Shown one piece after another: positions 29,989-39,995 of a DNA stretch of 64,000 bases. The stretch's first letter is position 1; each line of letters opens with the position of its first letter. The stretch is from Acidobacteriota bacterium (GTDB lineage: Bacteria > Acidobacteriota > Vicinamibacteria > Vicinamibacterales > 2-12-FULL-66-21): contig JBKPTE010000004.1 in assembly GCA_046735335.1 (NCBI GenBank), positions 6,406 to 70,405 of the forward strand. Direction: 5' to 3'. The position numbers were made by a program, and so were the translations under genes. The notes beneath the pieces were generated by a model. That model was not told the origin of the DNA. It worked only from the letters and a program-made list of their open reading frames with translations, and searched no databases.

Positions 29989-30933
29989 ATGCCGAAGTCC
30001 AAAGCCACACGAATCGAACGCCCCGACGTGAAGGCGATCGCAACCCGAGCCGAACGGGCGAGGCCTCGCGCGGCGGGCCTGGGCGCTCAGGAGAGGGCGG
30101 CCGAGACGAGGCGCCTGGCGGCCGACGAAAAACGACTTCGCACGTCGCTGGCGAACTCGATGGACGTAGCGGCGCTCGAGCGGTTCGCGCGCGAACGGGA
30201 GAAGTCCGATCTCCAGCGCGCAAAGGCGGCGCACCGCCGTGCGATAGCGGCATCCTCGGAGCGCGCGAAGTGGCTCGCGATGCAATCCGTCCCGGCGAAC
30301 GTGCTGGTGCCCGCCGATGGGGAGGACCAGTTCATCGTCGACACGGCGTTGTTCATGCGTGCATGGCCGAACACCGGAGCGTTGCGGGATTTCAGCACCG
30401 GTCCGGGCGACAACTGGGGGAAGTACCGGTTGGAGGTCGATGGCGACATCCTCGACACGCCGGACGAGGCCAAGCTGAGCTTCTACGCGCTCTGGCAGAA
30501 TCCACGCGATGTTCCCGTGACCGTGCGCACATCGACACGGATCAATGTCAACGCCCACGTGGCTGCACACGCAGACGCCCGCTATTTCATGGGATGGATG
30601 GTGGCTGGTGCCTCCGTCGATGCGACGCTGCGGACCCGGTTCACCGTGAGCCCGCTCTGGGAGGAGAATACGCAGCTCGTCGTCGCGGAAGCGGCGGTCG
30701 GCAGCGTCGCCGCCCGCGGAGGGTTCCTCGGCGGAGACGACGACACGACCATTTTCACCTCGGTGTCCCTTGACGGAACGATCACCTTCACCGTACCGGC
30801 GGGGAGATTCCTCATGTTCGAGACGTCATTCGTCACCGGATGGAAGATCGACTCGGGCAACCTCCGGGTCGACGCCGACAACGGCGCGCTCCGTGTCGAC
30901 GTCCCGTTCTGGATCGTGACCATGGTCTCCTGA
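29989..30933 (+). CDS. hypothetical protein: basic helical N-terminus plus beta-rich C-terminal domain (314 aa)
   Basis: ATG 29989 follows GGAGGAGG. The reading frame is clean with good third-position GC. No family recognised and no signal peptide. Confidence 0.6.
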   Translation: MPKSKATRIERPDVKAIATRAERARPRAAGLGAQERAAETRRLAADEKRLRTSLANSMDVAALERFAREREKSDLQRAKAAHRRAIAASSERAKWLAMQSVPANVLVPADGEDQFIVDTALFMRAWPNTGALRDFSTGPGDNWGKYRLEVDGDILDTPDEAKLSFYALWQNPRDVPVTVRTSTRINVNAHVAAHADARYFMGWMVAGASVDATLRTRFTVSPLWEENTQLVVAEAAVGSVAARGGFLGGDDDTTIFTSVSLDGTITFTVPAGRFLMFETSFVTGWKIDSGNLRVDADNGALRVDVPFWIVTMVS

Positions 30934-31139
30934 TCCGAAGGTTCGAGCCTGGCCTGGCTGCGTCGCCGCGCTGACGCGTCCGGTGTGAGCGCGTACTCCG
31001 CGGCATGCGGAGTACACCGCCAGCGGCAGCACGGATGACGCGCCAGCTTCGTCTCTCGGTAGACGGACGAATGACGCGAGTTTCATGCTGCCGCTTCGAT
31101 CACTGCAAGGTGTGACACCGATGTTGTGTACGCGTCACG

Positions 31140-31343
31140 CTAATTCGGAAGAGTAACGAATCCGGAGAGGAACGCCCGCGCCGACGCGGTATCGAGACGG
31201 TAGGCCTGGTACATTCCCTGGGTGGCCCTCACTCCGACGACTGCGACAAGCGTGTTCGATTGCCCAAAGAAGATGCCGCCGCCGGAGTCAGCGAAACTCG
31301 GCGTGCCGTAGCCCTTCGCTCTGTTCGTCGACAGGCGTAGCAA
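31140..31343 (-). pseudogene. C-terminal fragment of a trypsin-like serine protease
   Basis: 67-aa ORF containing ADSGGGIFF (GDSGGP-like catalytic-Ser motif). The upstream His/Asp part is absent. Confidence 0.4.
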
Positions 31344-31359
31344 GGCCGGTCCGAGCGCG

Positions 31360-32097
31360 TTGAGGCCGGACGTCGCGAATCGCCGGTTCAGATCGTCGAC
31401 CTCGTCGACCGATCCGTCTGGTTACACGATCTCATGGAAGCGCGCCGACGGTACAGGCGATGCTCAGGTGCTGGTTCACAGCCGGAGCCTGCTCAGACCC
31501 GGATCGTGGCATCCCACGAAGAAGCTGCTCGCGTATGTCGCGGCGAACCCGGCGACTGGAGAGGACGTGATGATCCTGCCGCTCGAGGGGGACGAGGCCC
31601 GCGGCTGGAAGGCAGGGCAGGCGACCGCGTTCGTGAGCAGCCCTGCCAGAGACCGATCGCCTGCTTTCTCTCCCGACGGCAGATGGCTCGCGTATTCCTC
31701 CAACGAGTCGGGCGCGGACCAGGTGTATGTGCGGCCATTTCCCGGACCTGGCGCTCGGGTGACGGTCTCGAGCGCCGGCGGGAACACCTCGTCCTGGTCG
31801 CGTACACGTCCCCAGATACTGTTCGTTGCACCCGCCGTCGATTACATGTTCCTGCCCATGGTCGCTCGATACCGGGTGGAGCATGGCTCGTTCCTGGTCG
31901 ACAAGCCGCGCCTCTGGGCAGAACGTGCGTCAATGGTCCGTGAACTTCTCGGTAGCCGCATGTACGCGCTGCATCCTGATGGACTGCGGCTCGCAATCGC
32001 ACCTCCTCCCGAAAGGGAGACTGGCCCGCGATCACACGTGGCGTTCGTACTGAATCTCTTCGACGAATTGCGGCGCATCGCACCGGCCACGCCATAA
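31360..32097 (+). pseudogene. C-terminal fragment of a PD40/TolB-like beta-propeller protein (tail typical of acidobacterial Ser/Thr kinase-propeller fusions)
   Basis: ...SPAFSPDGRWLAYSSNESGADQVYVRPFPGPGARVTVSS...VAFVLNLFDELRRI. Only the last ~230 aa are present. The apparent TTG start is an ORF-finder artefact. Confidence 0.6.
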
Positions 32098-32126
32098 TCG
32101 TCGAACGTCGGCGACGATTTTGAGAG

Positions 32127-32426
32127 ATGGTCCCCTTCGGACTCCCCGGCGATTTGACAGGTATACCGGGTCACGCGATGATCCGAAGCGATCCCAAGGG
32201 CGCACTCAACGACATCGCCCTGACGTGGGACGGCAAGCGCTTCGAGATCGACGAAATCGAAACCCACGACGGCAAGCGCACCGTCTGGCACGAGTACTGG
32301 ACGGACATCACACCTGCTTCATTCGTGCAGACCGGTGACGTCACACAGCCCGACGGGACTACCGTACGCTTCATGAACATCCGCGGAAGTCGCGTCAAGG
32401 CGCTGAAGAGTCTCGGCGGGATCTAG
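32127..32426 (+). CDS. small hypothetical protein or gene fragment (99 aa)
   Basis: Protein-like sequence (FEIDEIETHDGKRTVWHEYWTDITPASFVQTG). It may itself be a C-terminal fragment. Confidence 0.3.
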   Translation: MVPFGLPGDLTGIPGHAMIRSDPKGALNDIALTWDGKRFEIDEIETHDGKRTVWHEYWTDITPASFVQTGDVTQPDGTTVRFMNIRGSRVKALKSLGGI

Positions 32427-32462
32427 GGAATGTCCTGTGGGCACCCTGTCGTCAGCATCGAC

Positions 32463-33635
32463 TCAGCTGCATACGTCAGCGAAGAACGCGGCGACGTCGC
32501 GGGCGAGCAGCGCCGGTTCCTCGATCGGCGCGAAGTGACCGCCGCTGGGCATCAGCGTCCACCGGCGCACGTCGTATAGCCGTTCGGCCCACTCACGCGG
32601 AGGCGTCCCTTCATCCACAAAAGTGTTCGCGAAAACGGCAATGCCGGTTGGCACGTCGACGAAGTCCTGTGGTCCAAGCGTGACCCGGAAGCGCCTGTTG
32701 TCGTTGTCGAAGTAGTACCGCATCGAAGACGTGATCGTCTGCGTGACCCAATAGATCGTGACGGTCGTCAGGAGAAAATCGCGAGACAGGCGCCGCTCGA
32801 GATCTCCGCCGGAATCGGCCCACGAGCGCCACTTCTCCAGGATCCAGGCGGCGAGGCCGGCGGGCGAGTCGTTCAGACCGTATCCGAGCGTCTGTGGTTT
32901 GGTGGACTGGATCGCCTTGTAGCCGTATTCCTCCCTCCAGAACGCCTGATTGCGCTCGAGATACGCTCTCTCCGCCGCGGACAATGGCCGCGTGTCTGGT
33001 CCTGTATAGGGGCTAATCTCCAGATTACTGAGGTGGATGCCGATCATCGACGCGGGATCCGTCATCGCCATGAACGTGGCGATCCCTGCTCCGAAGTCTC
33101 CGCCCTGCGCTCCGTAGCGCGGGTAACCCAGCGCGCGCATGAGACGGTGCCAGAGTCCGGCGACGTATTGGTAGTTCACGCCCACCCGAGCGGGGCGCTC
33201 CGAGAATCCGTAGCCCGGCAAGGAAGGGATGACCACGTCAAACGCCGGGCCCTCGATGCCGTGCGCCTCCGGCTCGGTCAGGAACGGGACGAGCGGAAGC
33301 AGCTCGACGAACGTGCTCGGCCAGCCGTGGGTGAGGATCAGCGGGATGGCGTGTGCGTGCTTCGACCGTACATGAACGAAATGGATGCGGACGCCGTCGA
33401 GGTCCGCCTGGAACTGAGCGGTCGTGTTCAGCGCGCGCTCTTGCGCGCGCCAATCGAACTCGTCGCCCCAGTACGCAAGCAGGCGTCGCAGGTAATCGAG
33501 ATCCGTCCCCTGTTCCCACGCCGCGCCTGGCGCTGGGTCAGGCCAGCGCGTGTTGTGGATGCGCGTTCGAAGGTCCGAGAGTGTCCCTGCGTCGATATCG
33601 ATCGCAAACGGGGTGATCTCTGGGGGAATTTCCAT
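32463..33635 (-). CDS. epoxide hydrolase (N-terminal EHN domain plus alpha/beta hydrolase)
   Basis: 390-aa ORF. It shows ITPFAIDIDAGTLSDLRTRIHNTRWPD, RIHFVHVRS, and the HGWP oxyanion motif (LILTHGWPSTF). Confidence 0.85.
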   Translation of the reverse strand: MEIPPEITPFAIDIDAGTLSDLRTRIHNTRWPDPAPGAAWEQGTDLDYLRRLLAYWGDEFDWRAQERALNTTAQFQADLDGVRIHFVHVRSKHAHAIPLILTHGWPSTFVELLPLVPFLTEPEAHGIEGPAFDVVIPSLPGYGFSERPARVGVNYQYVAGLWHRLMRALGYPRYGAQGGDFGAGIATFMAMTDPASMIGIHLSNLEISPYTGPDTRPLSAAERAYLERNQAFWREEYGYKAIQSTKPQTLGYGLNDSPAGLAAWILEKWRSWADSGGDLERRLSRDFLLTTVTIYWVTQTITSSMRYYFDNDNRRFRVTLGPQDFVDVPTGIAVFANTFVDEGTPPREWAERLYDVRRWTLMPSGGHFAPIEEPALLARDVAAFFADVCS

Positions 33636-33706
33636 CGCGGATGTCGTGCTCCAATAGCGCCGCGGCTTAATGCCGGCCAGGCCACCGCCGATAATCAGGA
33701 CGAGCC

Positions 33707-34099
33707 ATGGCAGCCACTCTGACGATATACGACGAATCGGCGACAGGCGAGACGCTTTTCGGGCTGACGTTGAACGTCTCCGCCGAACGGATCACCGTTC
33801 GCGATCTGATCCGGCAACGCGTCTGCCAAGAGGTCGCGGTACAACCAGCGTAAGCCCGCCACGTTCCGAGGGCTCGTCCAACCAACCGATTCGGAGCGCA
33901 CGCCGAACGGCTACAGGCTGAAGGGTCGCGGACGATCGACGTCGATGCGCAACTCGCGAAAGCCTTGGGCGCGTTTGCGGGCAATCAGATCATCGTGCTG
34001 GTCGACGACCATCAGGTGGAATCGCTCGACGAGGAGATCGTCGTCCGGCCGGACACGCGCGTGAGCTTTCTGCGGCTCACACCGCTCGTCGGCGGATAG
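33707..34099 (+). pseudogene. Gly-Gly-tailed beta-grasp-like small protein, interrupted by two compensating frameshifts
   Basis: Segment 1 (33707-~33840) and segment 3 (~33925-34099) share one frame. The middle segment (YNQRKPATFRGLVQPTDSERTPNGYRLKG) reads in another frame, and a TAA at 33851-33853 stops the first frame. The reconstructed end is ...IIVLVDDHQVESLDEEIVVRPDTRVSFLRLTPLVGG-stop. Confidence 0.6.
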
Positions 34100-34106
34100 G
34101 CCGGCC

Positions 34107-35616
34107 GTGTCCGATCTCCTTCAAGCGTTCGTCGACGAAGTCTCGAAGGCGCGATCGCTGAAGGTCGACGCCGCAGCCTTCGAGAGCGGCCGGCGCATCC
34201 TCGCCCTCGCGCCTGAGCAGCAGATCCTGCTGCTCATAGAGCTCGTGAACCGGCAGGTGGCCGCCATCAATGCGGGAGGAACCGGCGAGTCGATTCAGCT
34301 GAAAGCGCTGGTGAGCACGCTTCTTCGAAGGAAGCTGCCTTTCGCCGGCGCGCAGCTCGAACAGCTGGTCGACTCGCTCTCGAATATCAGCCGCGCGGGA
34401 TGGTGGGAAGTCGTGGGAGCCGAATCGATTCTGCGCGGGATCGAAGGCATGGCGGCGGCCGGCGGCTTGCCGCCGTCGCTTCGCCAGGCGCTCGAACGCC
34501 TGGCGGCCGTCCTCGACCACCAGCAGCATGAAGCACGCGTCAGGAAGCTTTCGACGCGGGTCCGCACGCTGATCGAGAGCCACGCAGCCGCGGCGGAACA
34601 GCCGCGCCCACAGACGTTTGGGGCGGACGAAGCATGGACGCGTGCGATCGGCGCGGCGCTCGACGCGATGAGCGAATTGCCGCGGGCAGCGTGGGACGCG
34701 CTCCTCCTCCACTGCACGTTGGCCCGCGCCTCGAAGCCGTCCGCGAGATGGATCGCGGACGCGCGCACGATGCTCGAGGCAATCGGCGACGATCCCGCCG
34801 CGCACGTCCTCATCTCTGTCCTCGGGGAAATCGGGAAGCCCGGCAGACCGGCCCACGACCACGTCAACGCGCTCGGGTTCACGCCGGATCCGACGCAGAT
34901 CCACGAAGCGCACAGCGACATTCCGCGAGGACTTGGTGGTGCGGCGGGCTCGTCGAGCACGACCGCTGCCGTCGGCGCTCGGCAGCGCGGCCGATGCGTG
35001 CTTCAGCAAGCTTCCCGGCATCGGCCCTCGCGCGCCGAAGCGGCATTACGCACCGCGGCGTTTACGTATACCTCTCGACGGACCAGGTGCGCTTCCATCG
35101 CGCGGGCGATACCGTACCGGTGTCGCTCGCCGATGTTCCGCCGCTCGCGTTCTCCGAAGTGATGCGCGACGTCGATCTCTTCGTCGGTGTGGCCAGCGTG
35201 GGCAACGATCCGACCTGGACCGACAACGGCCTCTTCGGCCGCTATAGTGAGAGCTGGGACAGGTTCGCTTTCGGCGATCTCTTTCCGAGCGCCGTCACGC
35301 GCAGGGCCGTGCTCAAGCGGAACGTCCCGCGTCTCAAGATCGCCGGCCGTTGTTCGTTCGCCGGCCGCTTCCTGATCGTGAGAGGCGACATACACACGTA
35401 CAAGATTCACCTGGGCAGCAGCAACGTTCTCATGGAGCACGAAAATCAGTATCTGTGCATCGTTCCGGACCTGGGCGCCGGCTCGAAGCGCTCGGCGGCG
35501 TCTTCCTTCCGTTCGAAGGCGACACGACGCTCTCCATCATCGTCAGCAAGGCGCTGCTCCTCGCGGACGATCGCAGCATCGCCGATCCCGCCATCGTGTC
35601 GCAGATTCGGGCGTAG
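34107..35616 (+). pseudogene. DUF4132/MolR-like protein, with at least 3 frame disruptions
   Basis: The reading continues through ORFs 34107.., 34933.., 34634.. and 35350..35616. The conserved C-terminal module is legible: FSEVMRDVDLFVGVASVGNDPTW...RGDIHTYKIHLGSSNVLMEHENQYLCIVPD / ...GGVFLPFEGDTTLSIIVSKALLLADDRSIADPAIVSQIR. Confidence 0.65.
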
Positions 35617-35652
35617 CGATGCACCTGTCTCCGCCTGCCGTAGCATGGACCC

Positions 35653-37209
35653 GTGCGCCTTGCTGACGTTGTCGCCGCCTCGCGCGCCGTTGCCGGCACG
35701 TCCGGCCGTCTCGAGAAGATCGAACGGCTGGCGGACCTCCTGAAGCGCACGCCGCCCGACGAGATCGAAATCGTCGTCGCCTGCCTGACGGGGGAGCCGC
35801 GGCAGGGGAGGCTCGGGATGGGATGGGCGCAGCTGTCGGGCATGCGCGACGTCCCGCCGGCGCCGGCATCGTCGCTGGACCTCGGGACGGTGGATGCCAC
35901 CTTCGATCGGATGGCGGCTGCAGCCGGTGCGCGGTCGACGAGCGCGCGCGCGGGCGTGCTGCGCGAGCTGTTCGGGCACGCGACGCGCGACGAGCAGGAT
36001 TTCCTTCTGCGGCTGCTCCTCGGTGAACTGCGCCAGGGCGCACTCGAAGGGATTCTCCTCGAGGCGATTGCGAAAGCCTGCGGGATCTCCGCCGCGCGCG
36101 TGAGGCGCGCGACGATGCTCGCGGGCGACGTGGGCGTCGTGGCACGAACGGCGCTTACGGAGGGAGACGAGGCGCTCTCGCGCTTCATCCTGCAACCGTT
36201 CAAGCCCGTGCAGCCGATGCTCGCTGATTCGGCGGCGGACGTCGCCGATGCGCTCACCAGCCTCGGGGAAGCGTCGTTCGAGTACAAGCTCGATGGCGCA
36301 CGCATCCAGGTGCACAAGAGTGCGGACGAGGTTCGGGTCTTCTCGAGAAACCTGCGGGACGTGACGGTTGCAGTGCCTGAAGTCGTGAACGTCGTGCGTG
36401 CAATGCCGGCGGGGGAGCTGGTGATCGACGGAGAAGCGATCGTCCTGCGTCCGGACGGAACGCCGCAGCCGTTCCAGATCACGATGCGCCGGTTCGGCCG
36501 GAAACTGGACGTCGACCACCTGAAGGACGCGCTCCCGATTACGCCAGTCTTTTTCGATGCGTTGTACGTGGACGGCCAAGCGCTCGTCGACGAGCCGTTG
36601 ACCCGCCGGATCGAGACGCTGAATCGGATCGTCCTCACAGACAATCTGGTGCCGCGGATCGTGACATCGCGCCCGAGCGACGCGGAGGCGTTCGCGGCGG
36701 AAGCGCGAGCGTCAGGGCATGAAGGCGTCATGGCGAAAGCGCTCGGCGCGGGATATGCCGCGGGAAGACGAGGGTCGGCGTGGTTGAAAGTGAAGGAGGC
36801 GCGGACGCTGGACCTCGTGATCCTCGCCGTCGAGTGGGGAAGCGGCCGCCGCAAGGGGATGCTCAGCAATCTGCACCTCGGCGCGCGCGACACCCAGCGC
36901 GGCGGGTTCGTCATGCTGGGCAAGACCTTCAAAGGCTTGACGGACGCGATGCTCGCGTGGCAAACGAAGCGCTTTCTGGAAATCGAGATCGCCCGGGACG
37001 ACTACACGGTCTATCTCCGACCGGAAGTCGTTGCGGAGATTGCGTTCAACGACGTCCAGGCCAGCCCCCAATATCCCGGAGGCCTCGCGCTGCGCTTCGC
37101 GCGTGTGAAGCGATATCGGAGCGACAAGACCGCCGCCGAGGCGGACACGTTCGCGACCATCCAGACGATCTATCAGCAAACGACCGGCGAGCCTCCGCCG
37201 CCGCGCTGA
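35653..37209 (+). CDS. lig: ATP-dependent DNA ligase (Lig1/LigB type)
   Basis: 518-aa ORF. Adenylation motif I is EYKLDGARIQVH (KxDG), followed by an OB-fold C-terminus. Confidence 0.9.
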   Translation: MRLADVVAASRAVAGTSGRLEKIERLADLLKRTPPDEIEIVVACLTGEPRQGRLGMGWAQLSGMRDVPPAPASSLDLGTVDATFDRMAAAAGARSTSARAGVLRELFGHATRDEQDFLLRLLLGELRQGALEGILLEAIAKACGISAARVRRATMLAGDVGVVARTALTEGDEALSRFILQPFKPVQPMLADSAADVADALTSLGEASFEYKLDGARIQVHKSADEVRVFSRNLRDVTVAVPEVVNVVRAMPAGELVIDGEAIVLRPDGTPQPFQITMRRFGRKLDVDHLKDALPITPVFFDALYVDGQALVDEPLTRRIETLNRIVLTDNLVPRIVTSRPSDAEAFAAEARASGHEGVMAKALGAGYAAGRRGSAWLKVKEARTLDLVILAVEWGSGRRKGMLSNLHLGARDTQRGGFVMLGKTFKGLTDAMLAWQTKRFLEIEIARDDYTVYLRPEVVAEIAFNDVQASPQYPGGLALRFARVKRYRSDKTAAEADTFATIQTIYQQTTGEPPPPR

Positions 37210-37323
37210 TCTGCCGAACGTCTTCGCCCGTCCGTGACGTTTGCCGCCGCCGGGCGCTGCGGTGTGAAGTACACTACGGCGCCTCGTTCACGGGATAGCG
37301 GCCCGCTTGCTGAAAGGACTCGC

Positions 37324-38151
37324 ATGAGGACTCGATTGACATGGCTCACGCTCGCCCTGGCGCTGGTCACGACGACCACTCTGTGGGCTGCCGATCTTCC
37401 GTACTATCTGGCGCTCGGCGACTCCCTTGCCGTTGGCGTTCAACCCGACGTCAATGGTGATCTTCGTCCGACCTCTCAGGGGTACGCTGACGACCTTCAT
37501 TCCCTCTACCGGCGATTTCTACCGGATCTGCAGCTGGCCAAGCTCGGCTGCTCGGGCGAAACCACGACCTCGATGATCACGGGGCAGCAGTCCCCGTGTG
37601 CGTACCCGGCCGGCAGCCAGTTGCGACAGGCGATCGCGTTCCTGCAGGCCCACGCGAATCGGGTGCTGCTCATCACGATAGACATCGGCGGCGACAACCT
37701 GCTCGGGTGTCTGCGGCTCGACCGTCCCATCGATCCGGCCTGCGTGGTGAACGCCACGCAAACGGCCGCCACCGACCTGACGACGATCCTTGCCACGCTG
37801 CGCGCGTATGCGCCAGGGGTCCTGATCGTCGGGATGAACTACAACGATCCGCTCGTGGCAGCCGCCGTATTCGGTCAAGCGGGAAGGACGCTCGCAGCGG
37901 TGTCCCTCCAGGCGACCGCGGCGTTCAATCAGGCGCTGGAAGGCGTGTACGACGCGCTCCTCGTGCCCGTCGCGGATGTCGCCGCAGCGTTCCGCACGAA
38001 CACGACCACGGTGAACGTGGTGAACGTCGCGATCGCGCTGACGTGGACATGGATGGGCGCGCCGCCTCCCCGGGGGCCGGACGTCCATCCGAATGCCATC
38101 GGGTATCTCGCGATCACGTCGGCCTTCGTCAAAGCAATCGCGCATCCGTAA
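37324..38151 (+). CDS. secreted SGNH/GDSL hydrolase
   Basis: ORF 37234..38151 from ATG 37324. A signal peptide is followed by the block-I motif YLALGDSLAVG. Confidence 0.8.
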   Translation: MRTRLTWLTLALALVTTTTLWAADLPYYLALGDSLAVGVQPDVNGDLRPTSQGYADDLHSLYRRFLPDLQLAKLGCSGETTTSMITGQQSPCAYPAGSQLRQAIAFLQAHANRVLLITIDIGGDNLLGCLRLDRPIDPACVVNATQTAATDLTTILATLRAYAPGVLIVGMNYNDPLVAAAVFGQAGRTLAAVSLQATAAFNQALEGVYDALLVPVADVAAAFRTNTTTVNVVNVAIALTWTWMGAPPPRGPDVHPNAIGYLAITSAFVKAIAHP

Positions 38152-38284
38152 ACGTGATTTCCGGACGCCAGCAGGCACTCGCCGCCTGTTGGCGTCACTC
38201 GCATCATCGACGCGTCGTGACGAGTCTGCTGGCGCCGCACCGAAGCGCCAGATCGCCGCGACCGGCGTTACTATCTACCCGCCA

Positions 38285-39976
38285 ATGAGACTCCGATCCG
38301 CCGTTCTGTTCTCGGTCCTCCTCCTCTCCGGCTGCGCACGGCCGGCCGCGCAACAGCAATACGACATTCTGATCACCGGGGGCTCCGTACTGAACGGAGA
38401 GGGTACTCCCGCCGTCCGCGCGGACGTGGGGATTCGCGGAGGACGCATCGCGACGATCGGGGATCTCGGCCCCGCGGCGGCAACGCGCCGGATCGATGCG
38501 TCGGGCCTGACGGTCGCGCCCGGCTTCATCGACATCCACAACCACTCGGATTACACGATCCTCGTCGAGCCCAAGTCCGAGAGCATGATCCGGCAGGGCG
38601 TGACGACGATGGTGCTGGGCGAGTCGCGGTCCGCCGGGCCGATGAAACCCGGGGCTGAGGAAGCGCGCGCTCGAGCCGACGGCGTGACCGTCGACTGGGC
38701 GACCCTCGGCGAGTACTTCGCGAAGCTCGAACGGCAGCACATGTCCACGAACATCGCGTCGTACGTCGGCGAGGAACAGGTCTGGACGTATGTGAAAGGC
38801 TACGGCCAGTCCGCGGCAACACCGCAGGAGCTCGCGGAGATGAAGCGGCTCGTCGAGGAGGCGATGGAAGAGGGCGCGATGGGACTCTCGACCGCGCTGC
38901 TCGAGCCTCCTTCGAGCTTCGCCACGACGGCCAATCTGATCGATCTCGCGAGGACGGCGAAGCAGTACGGCGGGATCTACTCATCGCACATCCGCGATGA
39001 AGGCGAAGGGGTCTTCCGCGCGGTCGACGAAGCCATCCAGGTGGGCAAGGGCGCCGGGATTCCCGTCGACATCATCCACATGAAGATCGCGCACAAGAAG
39101 CTGTGGGGCCGCGCGAACGAGATCGTCGCGATGGTGCAGAAAGCGCGGGACGAGGGCTACGACATTCGCGCCAACGTGTATCCGTACACCGCGGGTCAAA
39201 ACAATCTGTCCTCTATCGTTCCGCCATGGGCGCACGACGGGGGCCGCGAGAAGATGCTGGAGCGGCTCAGGGATCCCGCGGCGCGGAAGCGGATGCGCGA
39301 GGAGGTCATGAACGGTCTGCCGGGCTGGTACAACCACTACCTCGCGACCGGCGACGGGTGGGCCGGGATGATCCTCGTGTCGCTCAGGAGCGAGCGCAAC
39401 AAACCGTTCCAGGGGAAGCGCATGAGCGATGTGATTGCCGCGCGCGGCGGCCATCCCGCCGACGTGCTGTTCGACCTGCTCCTCGAGGAAGGCGGCAGCG
39501 TGCCGACCGTGTTCTTCCATCATTCCGAGCCGGACATGCAGCTGATCCTGAAGCAGCCGTGGACGTCGATCGGCTCTGACGGGAGCGCCGTGAGCCCCGA
39601 CGGGCCAACGGGCCGCAGTCATCCGCACCCGCGGTATTACGGAACGTTTCCACGCGTGCTCGGACGCTACGCGCGCGAGTTGAAGGTGATCACGCTGCCC
39701 GAGGCGGTGAAGAAGATGACCAGCATGAACGCCGACAAGCTGGGCATCATGGATCGAGGGCGCTTGAAGGAGGGTTTCGCCGCCGACGTCACGATCTTCG
39801 ACCAGGATCGGGTGATCGATCGCGCCACGTTCGAGCAGCCGCACCAGTTCCCGGTCGGCATCAAGTACGTCATCGTCAACGGCGTCGTCACCGTCGACAA
39901 CGAGCGCCATACCGGCGCGCTGGCCGGGCAGGTCATCTACGGGCCAGGCAAGCGACGCGCCGGGGCTCACCGATGA
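38285..39976 (+). CDS. D-aminoacylase (N-acyl-D-amino-acid deacylase family amidohydrolase), lipoprotein-like leader
   Basis: ORF 38093..39976 from ATG 38285. It has the leader LLLSGCA, the metal motif FIDIHNHSD, and a family-typical length. Confidence 0.85.
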   Translation: MRLRSAVLFSVLLLSGCARPAAQQQYDILITGGSVLNGEGTPAVRADVGIRGGRIATIGDLGPAAATRRIDASGLTVAPGFIDIHNHSDYTILVEPKSESMIRQGVTTMVLGESRSAGPMKPGAEEARARADGVTVDWATLGEYFAKLERQHMSTNIASYVGEEQVWTYVKGYGQSAATPQELAEMKRLVEEAMEEGAMGLSTALLEPPSSFATTANLIDLARTAKQYGGIYSSHIRDEGEGVFRAVDEAIQVGKGAGIPVDIIHMKIAHKKLWGRANEIVAMVQKARDEGYDIRANVYPYTAGQNNLSSIVPPWAHDGGREKMLERLRDPAARKRMREEVMNGLPGWYNHYLATGDGWAGMILVSLRSERNKPFQGKRMSDVIAARGGHPADVLFDLLLEEGGSVPTVFFHHSEPDMQLILKQPWTSIGSDGSAVSPDGPTGRSHPHPRYYGTFPRVLGRYARELKVITLPEAVKKMTSMNADKLGIMDRGRLKEGFAADVTIFDQDRVIDRATFEQPHQFPVGIKYVIVNGVVTVDNERHTGALAGQVIYGPGKRRAGAHR

Positions 39977-39995
39977 GCGATCACCAGGAGATCGC

